DNA of 64,000 bases, from assembly GCA_964188305.1 (NCBI GenBank), contig OZ076898.1; one strand, written 5' to 3'. Every line of letters begins with the position of its first letter. Within the stretch, counting starts at the first letter, position 1. The position numbers and the translations under genes were made by a program. This document shows positions 10,243 to 21,980 of this stretch, one piece after another. The notes beneath the pieces are model-generated. The model made no database searches. It saw only the letters and a program-made list of their open reading frames with translations, and was not told where the DNA came from. The stretch comes from Podarcis bocagei. Its lineage: Eukaryota.

Positions 10243-13200
10243 ATGAGGGGCCTTAATGTTGCTCAGTGTAATATGAGTGAACCTTTCACAGTAAACCACA
10301 ACTATTATCATTCTGGAGGCCTAACCATTGCTGCCATCATTTCTCAGATCTACACGCTTTCCAACCCTATAAACTTCAAAAAACATCCCTCTGAAGAACT
10401 CCTTGACGACATCTTGTAAGAATTTGATTGCTTTAGAAACAAGAAAATGTACCTGTGTTAATTTTTTGTAGTTAGAACAGCCAAGACTTGATCACTGGCC
10501 ATGAACCTAAGATATATTTTAGAGCTGTGACTAGATTATTATCAACCTTTATAATATTTTGCATCAAACATATTGCAACTTATGCTATAGCTGTTTATAG
10601 TTACCTTTGTCACTCGAAATTATATATTGACAGGTGTAAACATTCTTCTTCTTCTTCATCATCATCATCAAAATCCATATATACAATCCATACAAAAATT
10701 ATTTAATATATAGAAAGACACCATAAAAGTGCGATCTGATTACAAATGAAAATGGAATTGCATGCACATCTTTTCACAATTAAATGAGGCATTGTAAATC
10801 TTGAACCAGCTATCTCCTGGTAAATAATTTTCTTTTATATTCACAAGAGGTTTGCTGAGACTGGATTTGCGATTTAGGTTTCACCATAATTGTGTTGGAT
10901 TTTCTGGACTGAACCACCCCTCCACTGCAGGTTTTATGGTTTCCCATTTAACTTTGCTTTGTCTTCAGGTTTCTTTATGGCCTTTGATCAATTTTAGTAG
11001 CATTTATATCATTGTCACCTCACCCTTTGAGAGATGATCAGTCTAGTAGTATAAGAATATATCAACACAAAGGAGCTCACATCTGCATAAAACAAATTTT
11101 ATATCAGTAGCATTTACGTGTATGAACCTGGCTTTTGAACATAATAAATAATAATAATAAATTTTATTTATATCCTGCCCTCCCCAGCCGAAGCTGGGCT
11201 CAGGGCAGCTAACAATCAAATAATCAGACAATCAAATAATCCAACATTCTAAAAACATTTCATTATAAAAATTAATTAAAATCAAATTAATGGCAACCGT
11301 TAAGCAAAATTCTGTGCAGGTTACCAGAGGAGGGAGTCAGGCTGTGCCCTGACCAAAGGCCTGGCGGAACAACTCTGTCTTGCAGGCCCTGCGGAAAGAT
11401 GTCAGGTCCCACAGGGCCCTAGTCTCTTGTGACAGAGCATTCCACCAGATTGGAGCCGCAGCCGAGAAGGCCCTGGCTCTAGTTGAGGCCAGCCTAACCT
11501 CTCTGAGGCCTGGGACCTTAAGGATGTTTTTATTTGCAGACCGTAGGTTCCGCTGTGGGGCATACCAGGAAAGGCGGTCCCGTAGGTACGAGGGTCCTAG
11601 GCCGTATAGGGCTTTAAAGGTTGAAACCAGCACCTTAAACCTGATCCTGTACTCCACTGGGAGCCAGTGCAGCTGGTATAGTACCGGATGAATGTGATCT
11701 CGCAGTGAAGACCCCATAAGGAGTCTTGCCGCGGCATTCTGCACCCGCTGGAGTTTCTGGGTCAGTCTCAAGGGCAGCCCCACGTAGAGCGAGTTACAAT
11801 AATCCAGTCTGGAGGTGACCGTCGTGTGGATCACAGTGGCTAGGTCAGGGCAAGAGAGTGGCTAGGTCAGGGCGACATGAATGCATATGTCTGGTTTCTG
11901 AATAAGGTAAAAAAGGTAAAGGTAAAGGACCCCTGGATGGTTAAGTCCAGTCAAAGATTACTGTGGCGTGCAGCGCTCATCTCACTTTTCAGGCCGAGGG
12001 AGCTGGCATTTGTCCTCAGACAGCTTTCCGGGTTATGTGGCCAGCATGACTAAACCACTACTGGCACATGGAGGACTTGTGACAGAAAGCAGAGCACAAG
12101 GAAACCCTGCTTATCTTCCTGCCAAGCGGCACCTATTTATCTACTTGCACTGGTGTGCTTTTAAACTGAGATTGGCAGAAGCTAGAACAAACCTCACCCC
12201 ATAACACAGCACACAGTGCCACCCACTCCCTAGCTTTTGAACATTGCACATGAATGCATATGTCTGGTTTCTAAATAAGAGGCATTTATTGGGGTAAAAT
12301 TCAGAGATTCGTTGAATAGAGATGCACCACGTCCTGTATTCTAAATGTGAAACACTCTGACACAGCATAAAAATCTAATTGCAGGTTGATTACTCAGAGC
12401 TACCAGCACATCCTGGCCTTTGTATTTGCTGTAAAGGAGATAAATGAGAATCTCCAGATGTTATCCAACTTGACCCTGGGCTTCAACATCTACAATAGCC
12501 ATTTTATTGCTAGCAGGACTTATCTGGCTTCACTGGAACTCCTCTCCACATGGGGAAGATTCATCCCAAACTATAAGTGTGATGTGGGGGATAATGTTGT
12601 AGCTGTCATTGGGGGACCTAATTCAGATGTTTGTTTTTTCATGGTAACCATTCTCAGTATCTTCAAAATCCCACAGGTAAGATTTGCTCCTGAGGCCCTG
12701 GACTTTAAGAATTCAGTCATCCTTCTGATGCCTGTTAGATGGACTTTAAAGATTCAGAGATGAAAGCAGCATGCTAAAGAAACTTGTTCAAAAGTTCTTA
12801 TTTACAAAGGAAATAAATAGAATTTATGTAAAACAACATTCTTTTTGCATATTTATAGGTTGGGTATGGCTCTGCCCCTGTGATTAAAGGTCATGCTCAA
12901 GGAGCTTTCTTCCAGAGGATGTTCCCAAATGTGGACCAACAGAATGCTGGGATTCTACAATTGCTGTTGTTTTTCAGGTGGACGTGGATTGGGGTGGTTT
13001 TCATAGATGATGACAATGGGCAGAGTTTTGTACAGACTGTGCTTCCTGAGTTTTCCCAGAGTGGCATCTGCTTTGACTTTGTAGAAGCTTTACCATCACT
13101 CTATTTTACTGAGGATGTTGATGAAACGTTCGTTGAGTGGATTAAAACATATAAGATTATTATAGATAGCACTGCCAATGTTGTGATTCTACATGGTGAA

Positions 13201-16144
13201 ATTCATACTATGATATGCTTGAGAATGCTTCCGCAGGTTTTAGAAATAGAGGATATTACAAGGAAGACAAAAGTCTGGGTTATGACCGCCCAGATGGAAT
13301 TCACATCAATTCACATCCAAAATACTTGGGACATAAATATCATCCATGGTGCTTTATCCATTGCAGTTCATGCCAAGGAGGTCCTAGGATTCCAGAAATT
13401 CATTCAGATGAGAAATCCTTTCTCTGCAAAAGAAGATGTATTTCTTAGGATCTTCTCGGAAAAGGCTTTTAATTGTATATTCCCCCAAAGTGAGGTACAA
13501 TGGGAGGCTGGGGAAATCTGCACGGGGGACGAGAAGCTGGAGACACTTCCTGCATCTGTCTTTGAAATGAGCCTGACTGGCCACAGCTACAGTGTGTACA
13601 ATGCAGTCTTTGCTGTAGCACATGCTTTGGAATCCATGCAGTCATTCAAATTGAAACATGCAACAAAGATGGATGGAGGAAGAGGGGAGCTTCTGAATCA
13701 AGAACCATGGCAGGTAATTTCTTGAGCCCAGAGATACAGGAGAGTTCATGCATGCCATCACCAGCACGTCATAAGTTCAGGAACATGGAGTGATGCGAGA
13801 TAGGCCACCAGGCTGGCATACTTTTGCTAATGTTTGGGAAAATAATGGTATGTTTCTACTTGTTACTTTTAAAAACATTTTGGAACCCAACTCCAAAAAG
13901 AGTTCACATGCACAGTGTTTACCTTAGGTTTGGCAAAATACCACTAGATCCTTATTCATATATTAAAGTTGTTGAAAACCACTCCCAGCCACTAAGGAAA
14001 CCTGCTTCTCCAGCAACACAGTTTGATCTAGGAGCACCTATAGTCTCTGCACTTGGTCCTTCAAGAACAGGGAAACTGAATTCATACCAGATAGCTGACT
14101 GCTTTCTCAACATTAATGTCGCATGGTCTTTTCCTCATGTGATTTTTTCTGACTTGGCAGATATCCTGGGGATATAGCTCATTAAAATCTGATGGGTGAT
14201 GATCATGAAGATGTTAATATAGGGTATATCAGAATGCTTTACTACCATTATGAGTGAATATGAACTTTTAAGCGGCCTCCAAAACATAGTTTGTTGACTT
14301 TCCTGTTGTTTCAATTTAGCTCCCTGACTTCCTTAAAAGGGTCTCCTTTAACAACAGTGCTGGGGAAAAGGTTTCCTTTGATGAAAATGGAGAATTAACA
14401 GCTGGATTTGATATTATCAACTGGGTAACATTCCCAAACCACTCCTTTCTTCGAGTCAGACTTGGCAAGATAGATGTCATTGCTCCCAAAGAGAAAACGT
14501 TGAACATTTCTTCTAATGATATTGTATGGCCTACCAAATTTAACCAGGTATGGTCAATACATACCTAAATAACTGGGAGGAAAATTACTTTGCAAAATCT
14601 TGGACTCTAAGGCTCTCATTCTGTGAATACCTACTTAGTGTTTAGACCCATTTAATACTAAACTATTAACCTCTAGTTTTGAATGTCATTTGATATTTTA
14701 AAAATAAAATGAAAGATTAGTCAACATGTACCCACACAAAACTGAGAAATTCATAAAATGATGGATGATTGTGGCAAAGTGTTCTGTTGCGTGGGAAGCA
14801 TGTTGGCCAAATCCTGGAGTAAGTGTAAGTATTTGCCAAAAATATTTCTTATGCATTTGCAAAAGATTCAAGGAATGGTCTTAGCCAGTCTGAACAGGAT
14901 GTGTGCATTTTTGACAAAATGCCCCTTTGACATAGTGGATACAATTGTCTCAGACTTTCACTGATTTCATGTCTGTACAGGCACAGCCCTTTTCTGTATG
15001 TAATGAATTCTGCCATCCAGGCTCTAGGAAGACTAAGATCGAAGGGAAACCGTTTTGCTGCTATGGTTGTGTTTCATGCCCAGAAGGGAAGATTTCCAAC
15101 CTGACAGGTAAGGGATGCGAATTTTAAATTGAGAGCACAGAGGAATGTAAAGAGATGAATAAGTGGTAGAGGAGGCAAGTCATGAAGAAGGAAAAAGCAG
15201 ACTGGTTTTACTAAAGCCTGTTTTTCTCCCCAGACATGGCTGACTGCTTACAATGTCCAAGTGATCATTATGCAAACCGTGAGCAGGATTTATGTATTCC
15301 AAAAAATATAATCTTCTTGTCTTATGGAGAACCTTTGGGAATAAGTATGGCCATTGTTGCTCTTTGCTTTTCTTTCATCACAGCTTTTGTGCTGGGAATC
15401 TTCATTAAGCACAACAATACCCCCATAGTCAAAGCCAACAACAGGAACCTCACCTACACCCTCCTTGTCTCCCTCCTGCTTTCCTTCCTCTGCCCTCTGC
15501 TATTCATTGGCCAACCCGAGGAAGGGACGTGCCTCCTTCGACAAATTGCCTTTGCCATTATCTTCTCAGTGGCAGTTTCTTGCATTTTGGCCAAAACTGT
15601 CATAGTGCTTTTAGCGTTCATGGCCACCAAGCCAGGGTCCAGCCTGAGAAGATGGGTGGGGAATAGACTGGCCATTTCTGTTGTTCTTTTTTGCTCCCTG
15701 ATTCAAGCCAGTCTGTGTATGGTATGGCTGGCAACATCGCCCCCGTTCCCAGATGTAGACATGAACACAATGGCTAAAGAGATTGTTCTGGGCTGCAATG
15801 AAAGTTCAGTCATCATGTTCTGCTGTGTCCTGGGCTTCCTGGGCTTCCAGGCTACTGTCAGCTTCATTGTGGCTTTCCTAGCCAGGAAGTTGCCAGACAG
15901 TTTCAATGAAGCCAAGTTCATCACATTCAGTATGTTGGTCTTCTGCAGTGTTTGGGTGACCTTTGTCCCAGCCTATATGAGCACAAAGGGGAAATACATG
16001 GTAGCTGTGGAAATCTTCTCCATCTTGGCCTCCGGTGCTGGATTACTGGGCTGCATCTTTTCCCCTAAATGCTACATCATTCTGCTAAAGCCTGAGCTGA
16101 ACAGCAAGGGGCAGTTAGTAAGAAGGAGGAATGAACAAATCTGA
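10243..16144 (+). CDS. Vomeronasal type-2 receptor V2R-B, 6 exons, ~861 aa, open frame but no N-terminal signal peptide
   Basis: Exons 10243-10415, 12385-12676, 12859-13713, 14320-14547, 14981-15107, 15234-16144; GT-AG, phases close (2586 nt). Same V2R motifs as A1. The start is uncertain: there is an in-frame TAG at 10228 and the first ATG (10243) gives MRGLNVAQC. Confidence 0.88.
11143..11874 (-). mobile_element. L2 LINE, 5'-truncated, young
   Basis: Open ORF 11337-11834 with [21 protein letters not shown] and LHWLPV; (TTA)n tail. Confidence 0.88.
11907..12232 (-). mobile_element. Sauria SINE (internally deleted)
   Basis: (ACCTTT)n-type tail seen as aaggtaaaggtaaagg; body tgtggccagcatgactaa; head cacagtgccaccc. 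Confidence 0.8.
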
Positions 16145-16255
16145 AAGTACAAAGCCCCAGTTCAGCTGAAGTTCATGCTCGTTCAAATGTGCCTCTTTAT
16201 TTTCTTAGCCTCAGTCACCTTGGGTACAATCTCACTTCTCATGGAAAGAATCAAT

Positions 16256-16399
16256 TTGTTGTTGTTGTTTAGTCGTTTAGTCGTGTCCGACTCTTCGTGA
16301 CCCCATGGACCAGAGCACTCCAGGCACTCCTGTCTTCCACTGCCTCCCGTAGTTTGGTCAAACTCATGCTGGTAGCTTCAAGAACACTGTCCAGCCATC
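16256..16399 (-). mobile_element. BovB/RTE LINE 3' end
   Basis: Reverse-complement match to 426-565 with a (TTG)n tail. Confidence 0.85.
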
Positions 16400-16889
16400 C
16401 AATGCCACTTCCCAAATAGAAGAACTTGAGTCATCTGAATCCAATTTTCTAGAGAACCTCTCATAACCACCCACAAGCTGTGCAGTGGCAAAACTGTACA
16501 GCTATATATTTTTCCAGCTTACTACCTCTTCAGGAAGCACAATTCTTCAGAAGGAAGCACAATTCTTCAGAAGTGTACCCGTACAAGGAAATATATTTTG
16601 TTTTTAATTGGGAAGTTTCTCTCTCTCGTGAAAATATTTCTACACACACACTTTCTTGATTTATTGCAAGGAACCCCAGACACAGCTGCAACTTCAATCT
16701 CTCACCCAAAAGTTACTGTGAAACTCTCGTTCTACTACTCTTCCACCACCAGGAGAAGAAATTTTTAGCTTCCAGTTTCCCCCTCCTATCTGTACCTTTT
16801 CATTTCTCTTAATGTCACATCAGCCAAACCCCAGTTGTTTCCATTTAGCCATGCACTGCAACTCCTGCACTGCCCTAGTGCTTGGTATG

Positions 16890-16951
<62 letters not shown>
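16890..16951. repeat. (TA)n microsatellite, Penelope target site
   Basis: About 30 TA units; a shorter run lies at about 19225-19245. Confidence 0.95.
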
Positions 16952-16956
<5 letters not shown>

Positions 16957-17001
16957 GGTTTTGGTGTTTTCGGGTATCTTCCCGTGTAAGAGTTGGGGTG
17001 T

Positions 17002-17046
17002 CTAGGCGACGTTTCGACGAGGTCTCACTCGTCATCTTCAGGCTGG
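17002..17046 (-). ncRNA. Mirror copy of the hammerhead ribozyme motif
   Basis: Reverse complement of 19102-19146 within the inverted repeat. Confidence 0.75.
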
Positions 17047-19101
17047 TGCTTTCGGCTTCTTGTTACTAGAACAGAGCAGGATCTCAGTGTTTGAGTTCCT
17101 ATAAATACTGTTGAGGGGGTGTGGTGTATAGCCTCCAACGTTCTGGGCAGAGAGGAAGTTCCCAGGTTATTGTGCCTTTTCTTCTTTTGTTCATTAATTA
17201 CTTGAGGGATATCTTGAGTGATTTCTTGAGTGATATTCTGAGTACCACTTAGGAGGGTCATTAGGTGTGGATTAGTTGCTAAAGCTTTCGTGTCTTGACC
17301 TCTTGAGCTTGTGAAGAGTTTTTCTGAGTTTTTCTGAGAAGAGTTTTTCTGAGAAGATGGCTGTACTGCACTTAGTTGTGCTCTGGCTTGGCTTCGTGTA
17401 TAGGGGCGAGCTGTGGTTTTGTGCCCTGTGCCAGCCAGATCTGTGTAGGGATTGCAGGGGGGTGCAGCATCCGGAGGTGCCACTATGGTTTGGCTACTGG
17501 ATGGTATCTGTAATTTATCTGTGGAGAGGGTCTGGGTTTGGGTCTGGTGTGGTTGATTGGAGATGGCGTTCTGTGTGCCTCTGGTTCTGGTGTCGGTTTT
17601 TGTGGGGAGGGCTAATTTCCAGATGTCTGGCAGGCGGGACGTGTCGTCACGCTTGTTCATGTTGTGAGGGTGTTTCTCTATCTCGATGGCTTCCATGATT
17701 ATTCTCTTGTGGTGATGTTCCATGTTAAAGAGCAATTTGGAATCTGCAAAATTAATTTCGTGTCCTGTTTCTTTCATGTGTTGGTAAAGAGAGGAAGTTT
17801 TTTTACAAAAAACCTGATGGCTCCCTAGGACACACTATCTACCGGAAAAAAACACACACCAACCGCTACTTACATGCACAATCACACCACCACCCTGCAC
17901 AAATAAACTCCGTAGCCAAGACTCTCATCTCCAGAACCAAACGCCTGGCTGACGAAGACCACTTGACAACTGAGTTACAGAATCTCTCAAATGTGTTAAT
18001 CGCCAACGGATACCAGCAAAACAGGGTTACGAAGCTAATCCAAAAAGAAACACCCCCCAAAAACCAAGACACAGAAGAAAACAATGGCATGGCCCTCCTT
18101 CCTTATATCAAGGGCACCACAGATAAAATTAGCAAAATCCTCCATAAACACAATATCAAAACAGCCTTTTGCACCAACCAAAAAATAGCCAATATCCTCA
18201 GAAACCCAAAAGATAAAATCCAGTTAGAAAACCAAGGGGTCTATGAAATACCCTGCAAAGTCTGCCCAGCCACGTACATTGGACAAACAAACAGACGAAT
18301 AAATGCACGTATCGCAGAACACAAGAATGCCGTCAAAAAAGAAGAAAAAACTTCCTCTCTTTACCAACACATGAAAGAAACAGGACACGAAATTAATTTT
18401 GCAGATTCCAAATTGCTCTTTAACATGGAACATCACCACAAGAGAATAATCATGGAAGCCATCGAGATAGAGAAACACCCTCACAACATGAACAAGCGTG
18501 ACGACACGTCCCGCCTGCCAGACATCTGGAAATTAGCCCTCCCCACAAAAACCGACACCAGAACCAGAGGCACACAGAACGCCATCTCCAATCAACCACA
18601 CCAGACCCAAACCCAGACCCTCTCCACAGATAAATTACAGATACCATCCAGTAGCCAAACCATAGTGGCACCTCCGGATGCTGCACCCCCCTGCAATCCC
18701 TACACAGATCTGGCTGGCACAGGGCACAAAACCACAGCTCGCCCCTATACACGAAGCCAAGCCAGAGCACAACTAAGTGCAGTACAGCCATCTTCTCAGA
18801 AAAACTCTTCTCAGAAAAACTCAGAAAAACTCTTCACAAGCTCAAGAGGTCAAGACACGAAAGCTTTAGCAACTAATCCACACCTAATGACCCTCCTAAG
18901 TGGTACTCAGAATATCACTCAAGAAATCACTCAAGATATCCCTCAAGTAATTAATGAACAAAAGAAGAAAAGGCACAATAACCTGGGAACTTCCTCTCTG
19001 CCCAGAACGTTGGAGGCTATACACCACACCCCCTCAACAGTATTTATAGGAACTCAAACACTGAGATCCTGCTCTGTTCTAGTAACAAGAAGCCGAAAGC
19101 A

Positions 19102-19146
19102 CCAGCCTGAAGATGACGAGTGAGACCTCGTCGAAACGTCGCCTAG
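19102..19146 (+). ncRNA. Minimal hammerhead ribozyme motif in the Penelope pLTR
   Basis: CUGAAGA 19107-19113, U, stem II GACGAG/CUCGUC, GAAA 19133-19136, CGUC with predicted cleavage after 19140. Stem I is weak (2 bp obvious). Confidence 0.75.
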
Positions 19147-19523
19147 ACACCCCAACTCTTACACGGGAAGATACCCGAAAACACCAAAACCTGCATTCCT
19201 GTACCCGTGAAAATCTACGAAAGCATATATATATATATATATATAGCAACTCTGCACAGCAATTCTATCTCTGCATTAGTATCTGTATATAAAACTCTTA
19301 AATATTTCCTAGGGGGAACAACCACAACATAAATAGATTTTGAATCACTTTCTGCCAATGTTCCCCATCAAGATGGATTGCAAGTTATATCAAGCATTGT
19401 TCCTGAGCAAGCACCCTATTGCTACTACCAGTATACTGTCAAGCTTTATATCTTAAATTCATAGTCACTTTATACCTCTAAGCCATGTTCTATACCCAAT
19501 AAGTGTGTGATGCCTTTGCCTTT

Positions 19524-19770
19524 GCCAGTGTGGTGTAGTGGTTAAGAGCGGTAGACTCATAATCTGAGGAAACGGGTTCACGTCTCCGCTCCTCCACATA
19601 CAGCTGCTGGGTGACCTTGGGCTAGTCACACTTCTCTGAAGTCTCTCAGCCCCACTCACCTCACAGAGTGTTTGTTGTGGGGGAGGAAGGGAAAGGAGAT
19701 TGTTAGCCGCTTTGAGACTCCTTAGGGTAGTGATAAAGCGGCATATCAAATCCAAACTTTTCTTCTTCTT
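19524..19770 (+). mobile_element. tRNA-derived CORE SINE (Squam3-like)
   Basis: A box tggtgtagtgg, B-box-like ggttcacgtct, CORE gtgaccttgggctagtcac, (CTT)n tail. Confidence 0.8.
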
Positions 19771-19924
19771 GCTTGGCAGTGCTGGTGGCCCATAGATTGC
19801 AGCAAAATGCTGGGCAAGGTTTTGCCTGGTACCTTCTCCGTGCAAAAGACTCATGGGAAAAAGATGTCCCATGAGCCCTTGCAAAGGGAAGGGAAAGCCT
19901 ATATAATGCTTTTGCTGAAGATCA

Positions 19925-20200
19925 GGACCAATTAGACTGCTGGTTTTGAGTTATAAAACCTTCAATGGATCAGAACCACAATACCTCAAAAACTGCATTT
20001 CCTCGTATGAACTAACCAGGACCCTGCAATCATCATCTGAGGCTCATCTTCACGTTTCTCCTCCATGAGAGGTCCAGAGGGTAGCAACACGAGAATGGAC
20101 TTTTTCTGCTGCAGCGGCTGCTTGTTTGTGGAATGCTATCTCTAAGGAGGCAGCAGTCCAATTTTTTTCCTCCATAACCAGGCCTTTAGCCTTTAACTAT
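19925..20200 (+). mobile_element. Old L2 3' fragment
   Basis: Degenerate similarity to the L2 at 29828-30238. Confidence 0.5.
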
Positions 20201-20239
20201 CTGTGGCCTTTTAGAAGTTGGCAGGATGTTTTAAATGTA

Positions 20240-20602
20240 CAGTGGTGCCTCGCAAGACGAAATTAATCCGTTCCGCGAGTCTCTTCGTCTAGCGATTTTT
20301 TCGTCTTGCGAAGCAACCCTATTAGCGGCTTAGCGGATTAGCGCTATTAGCAGTTTAGCGGCTATTAAAGGCTTAGCGGCTATTAAAGGATTAGCGGATT
20401 AGCAGCTAAAAGGCTATTAGCGGCTTAGCGGCTTAGAAAAGGGGGGGGGAGCGGATAAAAATCAGAACACTTGCAAGACGTTTTCGTCTTGCAAAGCAAG
20501 CCCATAGGGAAAATCGTCTTGCGAAGCAGCTCAAAAACGGAAAACCCTTTCGTCTAGCGGGTTTTCCGTCTTGCAAGGCATTCGTCTTGCGGGGCACCAC
20601 TG
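20240..20602. mobile_element. Tigger/pogo-like MITE with internal (TTAGCGGC)-like repeat
   Basis: TA|cagtggtgcctcgcaagacg...cgtcttgcggggcaccactg|TA; simple repeat at about 20320-20435. Confidence 0.85.
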
Positions 20603-21980
20603 TATTTCTGTGTCCTCTTGGCTTCAATGTATCTATGTGTGGGAGTGGTAGGCTGACTGTTTGTTTGATGGTAAGTACTAATAATAATACTAATCAGTGC
20701 CTGGTCCCACATAGTCAACCCTCTATGATACATTCTAGGAAGCCAAGTTGGGCCAGGGTCAAGGGAGCTTGTCTACATCCCAAAGCTGCAATGGCCTAAA
20801 CAAGCCTGGGATTTCATTAAACACTTTTGATTAGGGCTGTAGCTTAATTGTTACTTTGAAACCCTTTGTTTCTGCCAAAATGCTTTACAGAGACAATAAT
20901 TTAAAACTCTCATTTTAACGTGTTCGGGAATAAACTGATTCATATTCTAGGTTGCCCTGCCTAACTAACCCCTAATAAAGCTCTTTCCAGGCCCTAATCT
21001 AATCCCAGTTATTAGCTGATCCAACTGCAGTCCTGAAAAATCTTCTGACTCTCTGGCAGTACTTTGCTTTCTCAGCCACATTTGTGCTAGTTGATCTCTA
21101 CACTCAGTGCAATAAATAAATGTTATATATGCTTTTGTGTTACATTTTGTTCATATACAAGGAAATGAATTGAATTGAGTATTGTATGGATAGGAATTTA
21201 AGGCTGGATCTAACTAAATTCTGCTTCAATAAAACTCCCGAAAATGCATGGAGCTTATTTAATCATAACTATTCATTTCAGTTGAGCTACTACGGGTTTG
21301 GCTGATGTTAGAGCGGAGACAAACGGAATTTTGTAGTTCTCTGAATATGCAGACCAGGTTATTTCTATCAGTAAATATTGCCGAGTTCCCCCATTCTCTC
21401 TCACTGCTTTGGACCCAAAATCTGCTGAGAAGAAAGGGTTTGGAATAGGAGGACCTTGGAATGCTCTTGTTGAGCTCTGCCGGAACAATATCCTCATCCC
21501 AGATCAGTCAGGGCTACGTAGTGTAACCTCCTCAACCTGGTCAGCTAGCTCAACTGGGGATCCGGAAGCAGATGTTTGTATAAGCTCGACAACATCCAAA
21601 TGTTTTCAGAAAAAAATCAAAAATTACAGAATGTGGAATAACTATTGAGGGAGGGAGGAGTTGGAAAACTGGGTAGGTTAGAAATAAGATTGAAAGGAAA
21701 CTCGTGGTTGATACTAATAATACAAATCAGTGTCTGGACCCACAGTCAACCCTCTATGACAAACTCTAAGGAACCAAGAAGGGCAAGTGTCAGGGGACAC
21801 ACTTATTTAAGCGCTTAGTCTACATCCTAAGGCTGCAATAATCTAAACCAACCTGGAATTTCATTTAAACAAACATGGTAAGGGTTATGACTTACTTGTT
21901 ATTCTGATAAGGCACTACATTTTGTTTCAGTCAAAACTCTCTACAGAGATGGTGAAGAACATTACTTAAAACTCTCACTT

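Larger units (their letters stand above)
16952..19224 (+). mobile_element. Penelope-like retroelement (Penelope/Poseidon type), 5'-truncated, with inverted 3' duplication
   Basis: Frame open 17801-19123: RT C-terminus YRKKTHTNRYLHAQSHH, PYIKG linker, GIY-YIG endonuclease GVYEIPCKVCPATYIGQT..R..EH. 16952-17803 is the reverse complement of 18345-19196. Flanked by (TA)n on both sides. Confidence 0.95.

Noticed and set aside
17025-17777. 250-aa minus ORF as an independent gene
   Set aside because: It is the inverted copy of the Penelope ORF 3' part and lacks RT and the GIY-YIG motifs.
19524-19600. tRNA genes (also 38198 and 62232)
   Set aside because: A/B boxes continue into SINE bodies and tails; no complete cloverleaf.
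20320-20435. Telomere-like repeat
   Set aside because: Units are TTAGCGGC variants inside a Tigger-like MITE, not TTAGGG.
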